Below are positions 17,750-27,246 of a stretch of 64,000 nucleotides of DNA, piece by piece. Below the pieces are notes generated by a model. The model had not been told where the DNA came from. It saw only the letters and a program-made list of their open reading frames with translations, and did not search any database. How positions within the stretch are numbered: the stretch's first letter is position 1; the number at the start of each line of letters is the position of its first letter. Made by a program: the position numbers and the translations under genes. Source of the stretch: Candidatus Sericytochromatia bacterium (GTDB lineage: Bacteria > Cyanobacteriota > Sericytochromatia > S15B-MN24 > VGJW01); the NCBI GenBank assembly GCA_035285865.1, contig JAYKHS010000030.1, positions 1-64,000 on the forward strand. The letters are read 5' to 3'.

Positions 17750-19801
17750 ATGATTTCTTTCGCTACTCGCTTGCTGCTCTTGCTTTCCGTCGTCGCATGT
17801 GGCCGTGCACCCGTTCTCGCGGGTGCCGAGACCGGGGCGCGCGCGGCGGCCGGCCTCGACCTCTCCGGCCCTTCGTCCGCGATGTTCGGAGACTGCCCCA
17901 ACTTCTCGCAGGTGGCCAATGGTGACGTCATGGCCGTGATCTCACGTGACTTCGGGCGCTTGTCGTCTCTGGGAGGACTCGTCGCGTGGCACGCGCCGCA
18001 GCTGACGGAGAATCGCCTGCGCTTGCTCACGGTTGGTTTGCACGACGGTCGCGGTCATCGCTGGGCGGAGAACTGGAAGCTGCTGGGGCAGCGTGTGGTA
18101 CCGGATACGGGCATCGTCGAGACCCGCCTGCAACATCCGGACCTGCCGCTCGTACTCGAACTCACCGATGTGGCGCACCGCGGCCTGCCCGGCATCATCC
18201 GGCGCGTGCGCCTGCAGCACGCCGGCAGCCAGCCGCTCCGGGACCTGCGTTTGACGGTCTTCGCGCACTTCACGCTGGATCGCACGGGCAAGGGAGATAC
18301 GCTGACCGTCGACACGTCGCGACGCCGCCTGGTTCAGACCAATCCGGACGAGGAGGTAAGTGCCGTGGTCGGTGTCTCTGCACCCGTGGCCGGCTGGCAG
18401 GCCGGACGCTCGCTGATGCGGGTCGGGTCTGGTGAGGATGCCTGGTTCGATGTGGCGGACGGTCGTCTGAAGGGCAGCGAGCGGGTTTCCGGGGTGGGTG
18501 CGAACGGGGCCTTGGTCATGGCCGTGCCGGAGCTGATGCCCGGATCGCGCTGGGAGACGGAGATTGCCGTGGCCACCGCCGCCGATGCCTCTCGCGGTCA
18601 CGCCGTGGTCGACAGGTTGCTCCAGGAGGGTTTCTCGACCGTGGCTGGTGCAGATGCCGTGCATTGGCGGACTTGGCTGGAGCGCTCGGTGGTGCCGGCG
18701 GGACTCGATGCCCGCGAGGCGGCCGTCGTGCGCAGGGCCCTCATCGTGCTGAACCAGTTGCAGGCCGGAACGGGTGGCGTGTTGGCATCCCCGTCGGCAC
18801 TGAGTCCGGCGTACAAGTATGTCTGGTTGCAGGACGCGGCTTTCGATGCCCGTGCCCTGATGGTTTCGGGGCATCGCGAGGAGGCTGCGGCCATCCTGCG
18901 CTTCCTTGCCAAGGTCCAGAAGCCGGACGGGGACTGGTGGGTCACCTACTTCTCGGATGGTCGCCCGAACCCGCTCTGGGAGCACGGTACCGAGTTCATG
19001 GGGGCCCATTTCGTGACGACTGCGGGCGCCTATCTCGCGACTTACGGGGTCGACGACACCGTGCGCGCCATCTGGCCGGCCGTGTCGCGGGCAGCTGGCT
19101 TCATGGAACGCCAGATGACGCCTTCGGGAATTCTTGTTCCTTGTCGGGATCTCTGGGAGACCTTCACCGACAAGTCGTGGACCTACACGAACGCTACTTT
19201 CGTCGGGGGGTTGGAGGATGCGGCGCGCATGGGCACCGCACTCGGCATGCAGGCCGAGGCCCGATCCTTCACCCGATCGGCGGCCGACCTGAGGCGTGAC
19301 ATCCTGGCGAAAATGGTCGTCGCGGACGGTGGGTGGCTGGGCAAGGGTCTGCGCCCCGGGGCCAGCCAGCCGGATCCGATCATCGATGCGTCGGTGGTGG
19401 GTGCCGGATGGCCCTATGGCCTCGTGCCCCTGGACCATCCGGTCATGACGGCCACCCTTGCTCGGGTCGAGACTCGGCTGTCCGTGCCCGGCGGGGGCAT
19501 CCGGCGGTATGAGGGGGACGGTTGGTACGGCGGCCAAGGTTGGCCCGAACTGCAGGACTGGATGGCCATCAGCCGCTCGGCCCGTGGTGAGCGGGCATCG
19601 GCGCTTGCCCACCACGCCACCAACACCGAGCGGGCGTGGACCACGGGCAGCCTGCAGATCGGCGAGGTCTTCGACGCCAATCGGCGCGTATTCCCCAGCG
19701 CCTTCCCGCTTGGCTGGGCGATGGCCAAGTACGTTCTGGCCAGCCATGCCCTGCATGGGCCGGCTCATCCGGTGCTCCCCGGCCGACCGGCTGGTCGCTG
19801 A
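17750..19801 (+). CDS. Glycoside hydrolase family 15 (glucoamylase-like) lipoprotein (683 aa)
   Basis: Lipobox VVAC; YKYVWLQD, DLWE, GIRRYEGDGWYGG and PLGWAMA motifs of the (alpha/alpha)6 GH15 domain. Confidence 0.85.
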   Translation: MISFATRLLLLLSVVACGRAPVLAGAETGARAAAGLDLSGPSSAMFGDCPNFSQVANGDVMAVISRDFGRLSSLGGLVAWHAPQLTENRLRLLTVGLHDGRGHRWAENWKLLGQRVVPDTGIVETRLQHPDLPLVLELTDVAHRGLPGIIRRVRLQHAGSQPLRDLRLTVFAHFTLDRTGKGDTLTVDTSRRRLVQTNPDEEVSAVVGVSAPVAGWQAGRSLMRVGSGEDAWFDVADGRLKGSERVSGVGANGALVMAVPELMPGSRWETEIAVATAADASRGHAVVDRLLQEGFSTVAGADAVHWRTWLERSVVPAGLDAREAAVVRRALIVLNQLQAGTGGVLASPSALSPAYKYVWLQDAAFDARALMVSGHREEAAAILRFLAKVQKPDGDWWVTYFSDGRPNPLWEHGTEFMGAHFVTTAGAYLATYGVDDTVRAIWPAVSRAAGFMERQMTPSGILVPCRDLWETFTDKSWTYTNATFVGGLEDAARMGTALGMQAEARSFTRSAADLRRDILAKMVVADGGWLGKGLRPGASQPDPIIDASVVGAGWPYGLVPLDHPVMTATLARVETRLSVPGGGIRRYEGDGWYGGQGWPELQDWMAISRSARGERASALAHHATNTERAWTTGSLQIGEVFDANRRVFPSAFPLGWAMAKYVLASHALHGPAHPVLPGRPAGR

Positions 19802-19879
19802 TCCCGTGTCGCTTTCCATCGGACTGTTGATTCGCAAGTCGCCCGGATGAAGGGGCGATAATCTCCGGGTGAAGATTCC

Positions 19880-19907
19880 TGTAACACCCTTGTAACGTCG
19901 CGGCAAC
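19880..19907 (+). promoter_or_regulatory. TGTAAC direct-repeat site 1 (11-bp period)
   Basis: TGTAAC 19880-85, TGTAAC 19891-96, degenerate GGCAAC 19902-07; upstream of the hydrolase gene. Confidence 0.65.
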
Positions 19908-19930
19908 AAGGTGTTCGGAGGCGGTCGCGG

Positions 19931-21250
19931 GTGGCGGCCTACGGGGAGATGCGGGTGCGGTCAGCAGGGACTGGATGGGTGCGGGGGCTCGCGGCCCTCG
20001 TGCTGTCCGCCGTGTTGCCGGGCTGTGGCGTCACGGGGTCTGGGGCAGCAAGCGCCACCCACGGTGCGGCAGGCGGAACGGCCGTTTCGGTCAAGGCGCG
20101 CGCCAAGGCCACCGACTACGGCATTGTCCGGACCGCCGGTCACAAGACTTGGGCCTTCATCGAGCGCATGGAGCACCGAGCCGCGTCCTTTCCCGATGAG
20201 GCGAGCCGACCGAATGGTCGCCAACGTGAGGACGCCATCGTCGCCGCTTTCGGCACGGAACGGCCCGCCTCGCGCGTTGTCCTGCTGCATGCGATGCCGG
20301 GCTGGGATCGCAAGGGCGAAGTGCCTGTGCTGCTGGTGCATGGCGCGCTGGCCGACGCCGACAGTGCCTGGATGGCGCCGCACGGCAAGCAGGGCTTGGC
20401 GCCGTGGCTCGCGGCGCGTGGCCGTGCCGTCTTCGCGGTAACCTTCGCCCATCGGCACGGAGACAATCTGCTGCAGGCAGAACACGTGGCGGGTGCCTTG
20501 GCCCGAATCCGTGAACTGACCGGCGCGTCTCGCGTGGACGTCGTCGCTCACTCCAAGGGAGTCGCGGCCGTGCGGGCACTGGCCAGCGGCGTCCGAATGC
20601 CATGGTGTCGAGCCTATGGCGGGGACATCCGCAAGTTGGTGCTGCTCGGCGGACCACTGCTGGGCATCGACTACACCTACCGACATCCCTCCGTCCACTT
20701 CGGCCTCGTGCCCGAGTTGGATCACCCGCTGCGCAATGCCCCGACGGCGTGGGAGCGTATGGTGGTCTTCGGCATGTGGAAGGACATCGGCGCCCAGTCC
20801 TTCATGACCGACCGCGGCAACTGTTTCCCGGGTCAGGCCCAGTTGCTGCATCGCTGGGACAAGCGCTTTCCCCTGTCCGCCATGGAGCCGGACGTCCATG
20901 CTACCTACCACGGCGGCAAGGGCCTGATCAGCGAGAGTCGGGGCATCGATGCGGCCATCGAGGCGGGTGGACGCTTCATCGAACGCCTGCGCCGGCATCC
21001 GCTCCCCAAGGGCTTGGACGTGGCGGTCGCTGCCGGTGACAGGGCGACCATGACGACGGTCCTGAACGAGACCGATGGTCCGTCGGACGGCGTGGTCTTC
21101 GTGGAGTCTGCGACCCACGTCGAAGACCTTCTGGCGGCTGGTGCCGATCTGGTGACCCGCGACGTCCTGCCGGTTAACCACATGGAGTTGCTCTACCACC
21201 CACGTTCGCAGGCGTGGCTGGCTGACGTGCTGGCCCGACCGGAGCTGTAA
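19931..21250 (+). CDS. Exported alpha/beta-hydrolase lipoprotein (lipase / possible PHA depolymerase; up to 439 aa)
   Basis: Lipobox LPGC; oxyanion LLVHG, nucleophile elbow AHSKG, SDGVV (Asp), NHMELL (His); immediately upstream of pha genes. Confidence 0.82.
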   Translation: MAAYGEMRVRSAGTGWVRGLAALVLSAVLPGCGVTGSGAASATHGAAGGTAVSVKARAKATDYGIVRTAGHKTWAFIERMEHRAASFPDEASRPNGRQREDAIVAAFGTERPASRVVLLHAMPGWDRKGEVPVLLVHGALADADSAWMAPHGKQGLAPWLAARGRAVFAVTFAHRHGDNLLQAEHVAGALARIRELTGASRVDVVAHSKGVAAVRALASGVRMPWCRAYGGDIRKLVLLGGPLLGIDYTYRHPSVHFGLVPELDHPLRNAPTAWERMVVFGMWKDIGAQSFMTDRGNCFPGQAQLLHRWDKRFPLSAMEPDVHATYHGGKGLISESRGIDAAIEAGGRFIERLRRHPLPKGLDVAVAAGDRATMTTVLNETDGPSDGVVFVESATHVEDLLAAGADLVTRDVLPVNHMELLYHPRSQAWLADVLARPEL

Positions 21251-21262
21251 CGGCGCTGTAAC
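21246..21262 (+). promoter_or_regulatory. TGTAAC direct-repeat site 2
   Basis: TGTAAC 21246-51 and 21257-62; the first copy overlaps the TAA stop of the hydrolase. Confidence 0.65.
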
Positions 21263-21319
21263 CGGGGCCCGGCAGCATCGGAACGTGGACGGCCCGAGCG
21301 CCGTCTCTCGTCTCCGAGG

Positions 21320-21775
21320 ATGGTACCGATGCCGGCCATGAGTCCGCTGGAAACCCTTGCCGCCCAACTCTTCCGCGAAGGCTATGCCTTGGCAGAAACG
21401 GTCGTCAGCAGGCCGCTGCAGGCTGCGCTCGGCACGGAAGCCGCCGGCCAGATGCTCAGTGCCGTGCGGGATTCCTACGCCCTCGGTCGCCAGACGGGTG
21501 ATGAAGCCCTCGAGCAGACCTGGGTGCGGATGCGGCTTGCGAGCCACGGAGAACTGGCCCGTGTGGCTGGACTCGTGGTGCAGGTCGATGACCGGGCGGC
21601 CGAGATCGAGGACCGCCTGGCTTCCCTGGAAGATCTCGTTCGCGCCCAGCATGCGCTGATTCAGGCTCAGGGGCAGCGTATCGAGGCGCTGTTGTCTCTG
21701 GTCGAGCGTCAGGGCACGGCGACCGGCAGGGATGTCGCCCCTGTGTCCCGGACCCCGCGCAAGCCCGGCGCCTGA
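21320..21775 (+). CDS. PHA synthase accessory subunit (PhaR/PhaE-like), up to 151 aa
   Basis: MRLASHGELARVAGLVVQVDDRAAEIEDRL coiled coil resembles the PhaR/PhaE C-terminus; next to a class III/IV-sized phaC; start may be 21329 or 21338. Confidence 0.65.
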   Translation: MVPMPAMSPLETLAAQLFREGYALAETVVSRPLQAALGTEAAGQMLSAVRDSYALGRQTGDEALEQTWVRMRLASHGELARVAGLVVQVDDRAAEIEDRLASLEDLVRAQHALIQAQGQRIEALLSLVERQGTATGRDVAPVSRTPRKPGA

Positions 21776-21827
21776 AATGTTTCCCCACCCCGGGCAGCAT
21801 GCTGCCCCTTTTTGCAGGAGGTTTCCG

Positions 21828-22112
21828 ATGGAGAAGATGGTCGACATGATGCAGCCTTGGATGGAGGCGATGAACCCCACCCGGCCGATGGTCGCGATGA
21901 TGCGCCAGGGGTTGGAGTCGATGGACGTGGCGGGTGCACGTTGGGAGGAAGGCGTGCGGCAGATGCTCGATTTCTGGTCTGTGGCCCGGAGGGACGCTGT
22001 CAAGGTCATCGGCGTCACGCTGGACACCGTGGCGACTGAGGCGCCCGCCTACGTTGGGCGTCTGGCCGACGTCATGACCGAGGCGACGAAGTCCCCCAAG
22101 TCCGCCGCATAG
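21828..22112 (+). CDS. Small helical protein, phasin-like (94 aa)
   Basis: RBS AGGAGG before ATG 21828; amphipathic Met/Ala-rich helices; sits between the PhaR-like gene and phaC. Confidence 0.55.
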   Translation: MEKMVDMMQPWMEAMNPTRPMVAMMRQGLESMDVAGARWEEGVRQMLDFWSVARRDAVKVIGVTLDTVATEAPAYVGRLADVMTEATKSPKSAA

Positions 22113-22137
22113 GCCGACGGTTCGAGGAATCACGAAG

Positions 22138-23202
22138 ATGGCGCGTCCGATGCTCCCCCTCTCAACCGACGAAGGCTTCGGCCCGGTCCTGAAGGCCCTG
22201 AAGGGCTTTCGCTCGGCCTTCCCGCAGCAGCCTGCCCGCGTGGGCCAGACTCCGAAGCAGGTCGTCTGGCGTCGCAACAAGGCAAAGCTCCTGCGCTACG
22301 AGGGGCAGGGGGAGCGTCGGCACGCCACTCCGGTTCTGTTCGTGTATGCGCTTATCAACAAGCCCTACATCCTGGACCTTCAGCCGGGGTCGAGCCTGAT
22401 CGAGTATCTGGTTGCCCAGGGCCATGATGTCTATCTGCTCGACTGGGGCGTACCCGGAGAGGAGGACGGCGGGATGACGCTGGCCGACATCGTGACGGGG
22501 ATGATGCCCTCGGCCGTCCGGGCTGCGTTGCGTTGTTCAGGGACAGAGCGCCTGACGATGTTCGGCTATTGCCAGGGGGGCACACTTGCCGCGATGTATG
22601 CGGCGCTGGACGAGGGGCGCACGTTGGCCAACCTGGTCCTGCTGACGACGCCCATCGACTTTGCCGAGGCAGGGCTCTACAGCAACTGGCTCAATCCCGA
22701 TCACGCCGACATCGATCGCCTTGCCGACAGCATGAAGTTGATTCCCGCCGAGTTGATGGACTTCGGGGCGAAGCTGCTCAAGCCGGTCCAGAACTGGGTC
22801 ACGCCCTACGTGAGGCTGTTCGAGAATCTGGATGACGAGGACTTCGTCGAGAGCTGGCGCGCCATGAACGGTTGGGTCGCGGATGGCATCCCGATGCCTG
22901 CCGAGGTCTATCGTCAGTGGGCCAAGGACTTCTATCAGGGCAACAAACTCGTGAAGGGCGAGGTCATGCTGGGAGCACGCAGGGTGGACCTCTCTCGCAT
23001 CACCTGCCCGCTCCTCGTTGTCCACGCCACCCTCGATCACATCGTGCCCACCTGTCAGTCGACGGTGGTGGCCGACCTTGTTTCCTCGACGGATGTGACG
23101 GTCCTGCCGGTCAAGGCCGGGCACGTCGGCGTGGTGGTCGGCAAGGGGCCGCGGAGGAACTTCTTCCCGCAACTGGACGCGTGGTTGCAAGTCCGCTCCT
23201 GA
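22138..23202 (+). CDS. phaC: Class III/IV polyhydroxyalkanoate synthase subunit PhaC (354 aa)
   Basis: VGQTPK, PVLFVYALINKPYILDLQPG, catalytic box GYCQGG, DHIVP, GHVG. Confidence 0.93.
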   Translation: MARPMLPLSTDEGFGPVLKALKGFRSAFPQQPARVGQTPKQVVWRRNKAKLLRYEGQGERRHATPVLFVYALINKPYILDLQPGSSLIEYLVAQGHDVYLLDWGVPGEEDGGMTLADIVTGMMPSAVRAALRCSGTERLTMFGYCQGGTLAAMYAALDEGRTLANLVLLTTPIDFAEAGLYSNWLNPDHADIDRLADSMKLIPAELMDFGAKLLKPVQNWVTPYVRLFENLDDEDFVESWRAMNGWVADGIPMPAEVYRQWAKDFYQGNKLVKGEVMLGARRVDLSRITCPLLVVHATLDHIVPTCQSTVVADLVSSTDVTVLPVKAGHVGVVVGKGPRRNFFPQLDAWLQVRS

Positions 23203-23243
23203 GCGGACTTGCGGCCGGTGCCCCTGCGGCCTAGCATGCCGGG

Positions 23244-24896
23244 GTGTCCGGCTTGTCGCATGGCGCGCTCGAACCCGATATCCGGGATGACGAGCCCTTC
23301 GATGACGGTGCCTTCGAGCCCGAGGCGGCCGTGCTCCCGGGTATCCTCAGCTCCAGCACGGTCCACGACCGCACGCAGTTCGAAGCCAACTTCGATTTCG
23401 ATGTCCTGCCGCCCGGTCCGGGGGTGCACAAGCGGTACGAGATCGACACGTGGTTCTTCGTGCCTCGGACGATGGGCATCCACGAGGGCACATACGGTCG
23501 GGACCAGTTCTTCGCCGACCTGACGAACTATCTGCGCCTGCGGACGCCTGAGGACGTCTCTTTCGAGCGGCTCGACCCCGAGAACTGGCATCTCCCTGCC
23601 CTCGACCGCTACCTCGCGGCCCATCTGGACACACCCGTCCGCCAGCGCATGGTGGGCCTCGTCCAGCAGGAGATCCGGCTCTTCGGATGCCTGATGAACA
23701 CCCAGTTCAAGCGCCTCTTGCGCGAGGCCGAAAGTGGGCAGGCCCTGCAGATGGTCGCGCGCCTGAAGGCTGTTCTCGATCGATATCGCATGACCTACGT
23801 CAGGCGCGTGATGAAGGAGCCTCTGCTCGTCGACCGTGAGGTGCGCCGGGCCCTTCGCCTGGTGGACGAATACATGTCCTACCGCTTCGAGGCGGTGGCC
23901 ATCCGTTGTCTGCGGCCTGTGGCGCGTGAGGGCAGCGCATTGGCTGCGGCCTTCCGCGCTTGGCTGGACGACGAGATCCGCCACAGGGCCGAGGCCGGTC
24001 TCGTTCGCCTCGACGATGATGCGACGGCTCCCGAGCAGGCCGAACAGCTGAACTACCGTCTTGGCCTGCTCAAGAAGTACGTGGCCGAGGTGCTGTTCCT
24101 GCGCGTTGCCAGCATCAAGCGCGAGCGCCTGTACCGCAATGTCATCGCGGCCATCGGCGCGGGCCTTGCCGCAGCCTGGGCCACGATGGCCGACATGCAG
24201 CGCCTCGCGATGATGAACGATCCCGAGCTTGGCTATCGCCTGGTCGTGGTCCTTGCCATCGGTGTCGTCGCCTATATCTTCAAGGACCGCATCAAGGAGC
24301 TGACCCGAGAATGGTTCAACGAGCGGCTCAAGAAATATCTCCCCGATTTCGATCTTCGCCTCACGTTTCCCCTCTTCGACGCCGACGGCACCATGCGCGA
24401 GATCGCCTTGGGCTCGGCGCGGGAGTTCATGCGCTTCCTGACACGTGGGGCACTCGCTGCGGACGTGCTCTACCTGCGGGACCTCGGCAACCGGCCCGAT
24501 CTGGACCCCGAGCGACACGAGACCATCATCCACTACAGCAAACGCCTCAGCTTCGAGGGCTTGCTGGGCGATCATCCGCTGCATCAGGTCCGGTACATCC
24601 GGGACGTCATGAGGCTCGACATCTCCGAATTCCTGACCAAGCTCTCGGACCCGCGCAAGACGCTGGGCTACTATCACCCGGATCGGGGGCTGCAGACGCT
24701 GAAGGCACCCCGGGTTTACCATGTGAACGTGGTCTTCCGTTATGCCGTAAGCCATCTGCTGGGCAATCGCCGCATCCATCGGGACGTCTCCTATGAGCGT
24801 GTCCGCATCGTGATCGACAAGGAAGGAATCCTGCGCATCGATTCGGTGGTGCCCCGCGGCCAGTTGGGTTATCGCGAGGAGAGCGGCGCTTCATGA
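23244..24896 (+). CDS. Uncharacterised membrane protein with two central TM helices (550 aa)
   Basis: TM pair VIAAIGAGLAAAWATM / LVVVLAIGVVAYIFKDRIKE; TAGCAT -10 lies 6 nt before the GTG; ATGA overlap with the next gene. Confidence 0.8.
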   Translation: MSGLSHGALEPDIRDDEPFDDGAFEPEAAVLPGILSSSTVHDRTQFEANFDFDVLPPGPGVHKRYEIDTWFFVPRTMGIHEGTYGRDQFFADLTNYLRLRTPEDVSFERLDPENWHLPALDRYLAAHLDTPVRQRMVGLVQQEIRLFGCLMNTQFKRLLREAESGQALQMVARLKAVLDRYRMTYVRRVMKEPLLVDREVRRALRLVDEYMSYRFEAVAIRCLRPVAREGSALAAAFRAWLDDEIRHRAEAGLVRLDDDATAPEQAEQLNYRLGLLKKYVAEVLFLRVASIKRERLYRNVIAAIGAGLAAAWATMADMQRLAMMNDPELGYRLVVVLAIGVVAYIFKDRIKELTREWFNERLKKYLPDFDLRLTFPLFDADGTMREIALGSAREFMRFLTRGALAADVLYLRDLGNRPDLDPERHETIIHYSKRLSFEGLLGDHPLHQVRYIRDVMRLDISEFLTKLSDPRKTLGYYHPDRGLQTLKAPRVYHVNVVFRYAVSHLLGNRRIHRDVSYERVRIVIDKEGILRIDSVVPRGQLGYREESGAS

Positions 24897-26536
24897 CCCC
24901 CTGGTTTCAGGCCCTCGGGGGGCTGGGTCTCTTCCTGCTGTCCTTGCGCCTGCTGACGGGGGCCCTGGACCGTACGCTGTCCGATCGCTTCAAGTCGCTC
25001 TTCCGGCATCGTCTGCAGGCCCCCTGGGCGATGGGCATGCTGGGGCTTGGGGCAACGGTGATGTTGCAGGCCAGCGCCGTGACCATCGTGGCGACGATGG
25101 GCCTGCTGCAGACCGGATGGCTCGGGCTCGAGCAGGCGTTCTTCGCGATGCTGGGTGCTACGGTCGGAACCACGCTCAAGGCGTGGGTGGCCGCAAGCTC
25201 CCACTCAGCACTCGGGCTCGCCTTGGTCGGCGTGACCAGCCTCGGCCTCGTGGCCGTTCGTTTCCAGCACCTCAGGGATGTGCTCGAGGCCTTCCTCGCC
25301 ATCGGCCTCTTCCTTGCATCACTCGAGATGCTGGCAGGCGGCTCGGCGGCCCTGCTGGCCGAGGCTGACCTGCTGTCGGCTCTTGGGCGCCTCGAGGGAA
25401 CGGGCATCGGGCCTCAGCTGCTGGCCGTGCTGCTCGGCTTCGGCCTGACGGTCGCGATGCAGTCCTCCAGTTCCGTGGTCTTCCTCGCCATGGACCTCGC
25501 GGCGCGTGGTGTCGTGGACCTTCCGGCCGGCGCCGCCCTGTTGCTGGGTGCCAATGTCGGCACGGCCATCACGCCGTTGCTGGCCTCGGTCGAGTACGAG
25601 ACCCGCGTCCGCCAGTTGGCGCTCAGTCATTTGCTGATCAAGGTCGCCGGCGTGTTCGGAGCCATGCTGATCTTCCCCTGGTTCCTCGGCTTCGTGACGG
25701 CTCCCGTGCGCCACCTGTGGCCGGATGCAGCCATCGGCTGGCAGCTTGCGGCTTTTCATACGGGCTTCAACGTGGTCAATGCCCTGATCTGGGCGGGATT
25801 GGCCGCCTTTGCGCTCAAGGCCGTGCGCTGGCTCTGGCCGGATCCCGAACTGGCCGGTGCACAGGCCTTGCCCCTTGCTGTCCGCCGGATGCTGGTGTCC
25901 GCACCTGATCTCGCCCTTGCCGAAGCCCGCAGGCTGCTGGACGACATGCGGCACATGGCCCGCGATGTCATCGACCCTTGTCTGGATCGCCTCTCCGGGC
26001 GTGTTCAGGATGCCCTGACGCGGAGACGCGTGCGCTCGTTCAGAGCCTTTGAAGCGGTACGCGAGAGCCTGTTGGACCTGCTGATGCAGTTGGGTCAGCG
26101 CGCCAGAGGCCCCCACGTCCAGCAGGAGATTGGTATGATGCTCCGCGAGGTGGGCCAGTGCGGTATGCTGCACGACCTCGCCACGGATCTGGAGAGTCAT
26201 CTGGTCACCGGTCTCATGGTGGATCGTCACCCGGTTCCAGCGGCGTTGCAGGCTGAAGTCGTCGCACTTCGGTCCGAACTCGATGCATTCTGGCTGGCCG
26301 TGCTGTTTCCGGGACAGCCGCGCGAAGCTCTGCCCGACCTGGATGCCCGCTTCGATCGCCTCGACAATGAACTCGTGTTGCATCTTCGTCATGCCGACGG
26401 CCGCCATCACGGCGCCGATCTCTGGTTGCAAGATGCCGTGGCGCAGTTGCGCCAGATTTGCCTGTCCCTGCGTGGTCTCGTCCGGAATGCGGATCCGGGT
26501 GCCACGAATGCTCATCCGCAAGGAGTGCCGTCCTGA
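24893..26536 (+). CDS. Na+/Pi cotransporter family protein with PhoU-like C-terminus (547 aa)
   Basis: GGLGLFL, QASAVT / QSSSSV repeats, LGANVGT, FHTGFNV. Confidence 0.88.
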   Translation: MTPWFQALGGLGLFLLSLRLLTGALDRTLSDRFKSLFRHRLQAPWAMGMLGLGATVMLQASAVTIVATMGLLQTGWLGLEQAFFAMLGATVGTTLKAWVAASSHSALGLALVGVTSLGLVAVRFQHLRDVLEAFLAIGLFLASLEMLAGGSAALLAEADLLSALGRLEGTGIGPQLLAVLLGFGLTVAMQSSSSVVFLAMDLAARGVVDLPAGAALLLGANVGTAITPLLASVEYETRVRQLALSHLLIKVAGVFGAMLIFPWFLGFVTAPVRHLWPDAAIGWQLAAFHTGFNVVNALIWAGLAAFALKAVRWLWPDPELAGAQALPLAVRRMLVSAPDLALAEARRLLDDMRHMARDVIDPCLDRLSGRVQDALTRRRVRSFRAFEAVRESLLDLLMQLGQRARGPHVQQEIGMMLREVGQCGMLHDLATDLESHLVTGLMVDRHPVPAALQAEVVALRSELDAFWLAVLFPGQPREALPDLDARFDRLDNELVLHLRHADGRHHGADLWLQDAVAQLRQICLSLRGLVRNADPGATNAHPQGVPS

Positions 26537-27246
26537 TGATTGCTGCCCTGATGCCTCGGGAACGCAAGTTCTTCGACCTGCTCGAGACTTCGGCCCGACA
26601 GATGCATCGGCGTGCCGAGTGCGTGGCCCGTCTGCTGCGCGAGCCAGATGAGGCACTCGTTGCCGAGATCAATGCGGAGCGGAGAGCGATGCACGGGGAC
26701 CATACCGTCACGCACCGGATCATCGATCAGCTCAACGCGACCTTCGTCACGCCCATCGACCGCGAGGACATCCACGCGCTCGCCTTCAAGCTCGACGACA
26801 TCGTCAACACCATCCTGCTGCTGGGCGATCGCTTCTCGCTGTACCGGATCGTGCCCTCCAGCGAGATGCTGGCCTTGGTGGACCTGCTGGTCCGCTGTGC
26901 CCACGAGATCGTCGTCGGTCTGGAGAAGCTGCGTTCGCCTCGCCTGATGCGCGAAATCCAGGCGCACTGCGATCACATCTACAAGCTGGCCATCGATGCC
27001 GATGACCTCATGCGCCGGGCGCTGGCCCAGTTGTACGGGATTCCGCTGAACTCGCCGACCGAGGTGCTGGTGTCAGCGGCTGCCGGCCTTCCGGCCACGC
27101 ACATGCCGCAGGGGCGGGACCTCCAGCCGGCGGACGTCGTGACCATCCTGAAGTCCCGCGAGGTCCTGGACCTCATGAAGAAGTCGGTCGAACGCTGCGA
27201 GGTCGTCGGTGACCTGTTGCACGGCGTGGCGGTCAAGCATGCCTGA
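26536..27246 (+). CDS. DUF47 / PhoU-like phosphate transport regulator (236 aa)
   Basis: TGATG overlap; MPRERKFFDL, LNATFVTPIDREDI, C-terminal AVKHA. Confidence 0.88.
   Translation: MIAALMPRERKFFDLLETSARQMHRRAECVARLLREPDEALVAEINAERRAMHGDHTVTHRIIDQLNATFVTPIDREDIHALAFKLDDIVNTILLLGDRFSLYRIVPSSEMLALVDLLVRCAHEIVVGLEKLRSPRLMREIQAHCDHIYKLAIDADDLMRRALAQLYGIPLNSPTEVLVSAAAGLPATHMPQGRDLQPADVVTILKSREVLDLMKKSVERCEVVGDLLHGVAVKHA

Noticed and set aside
1..17750. tRNA-anchored genomic island or prophage carrying the lipoprotein array
   Set aside because: No integrase or phage genes, no duplicated tRNA 3' end seen near the far boundary, and no obvious GC shift.
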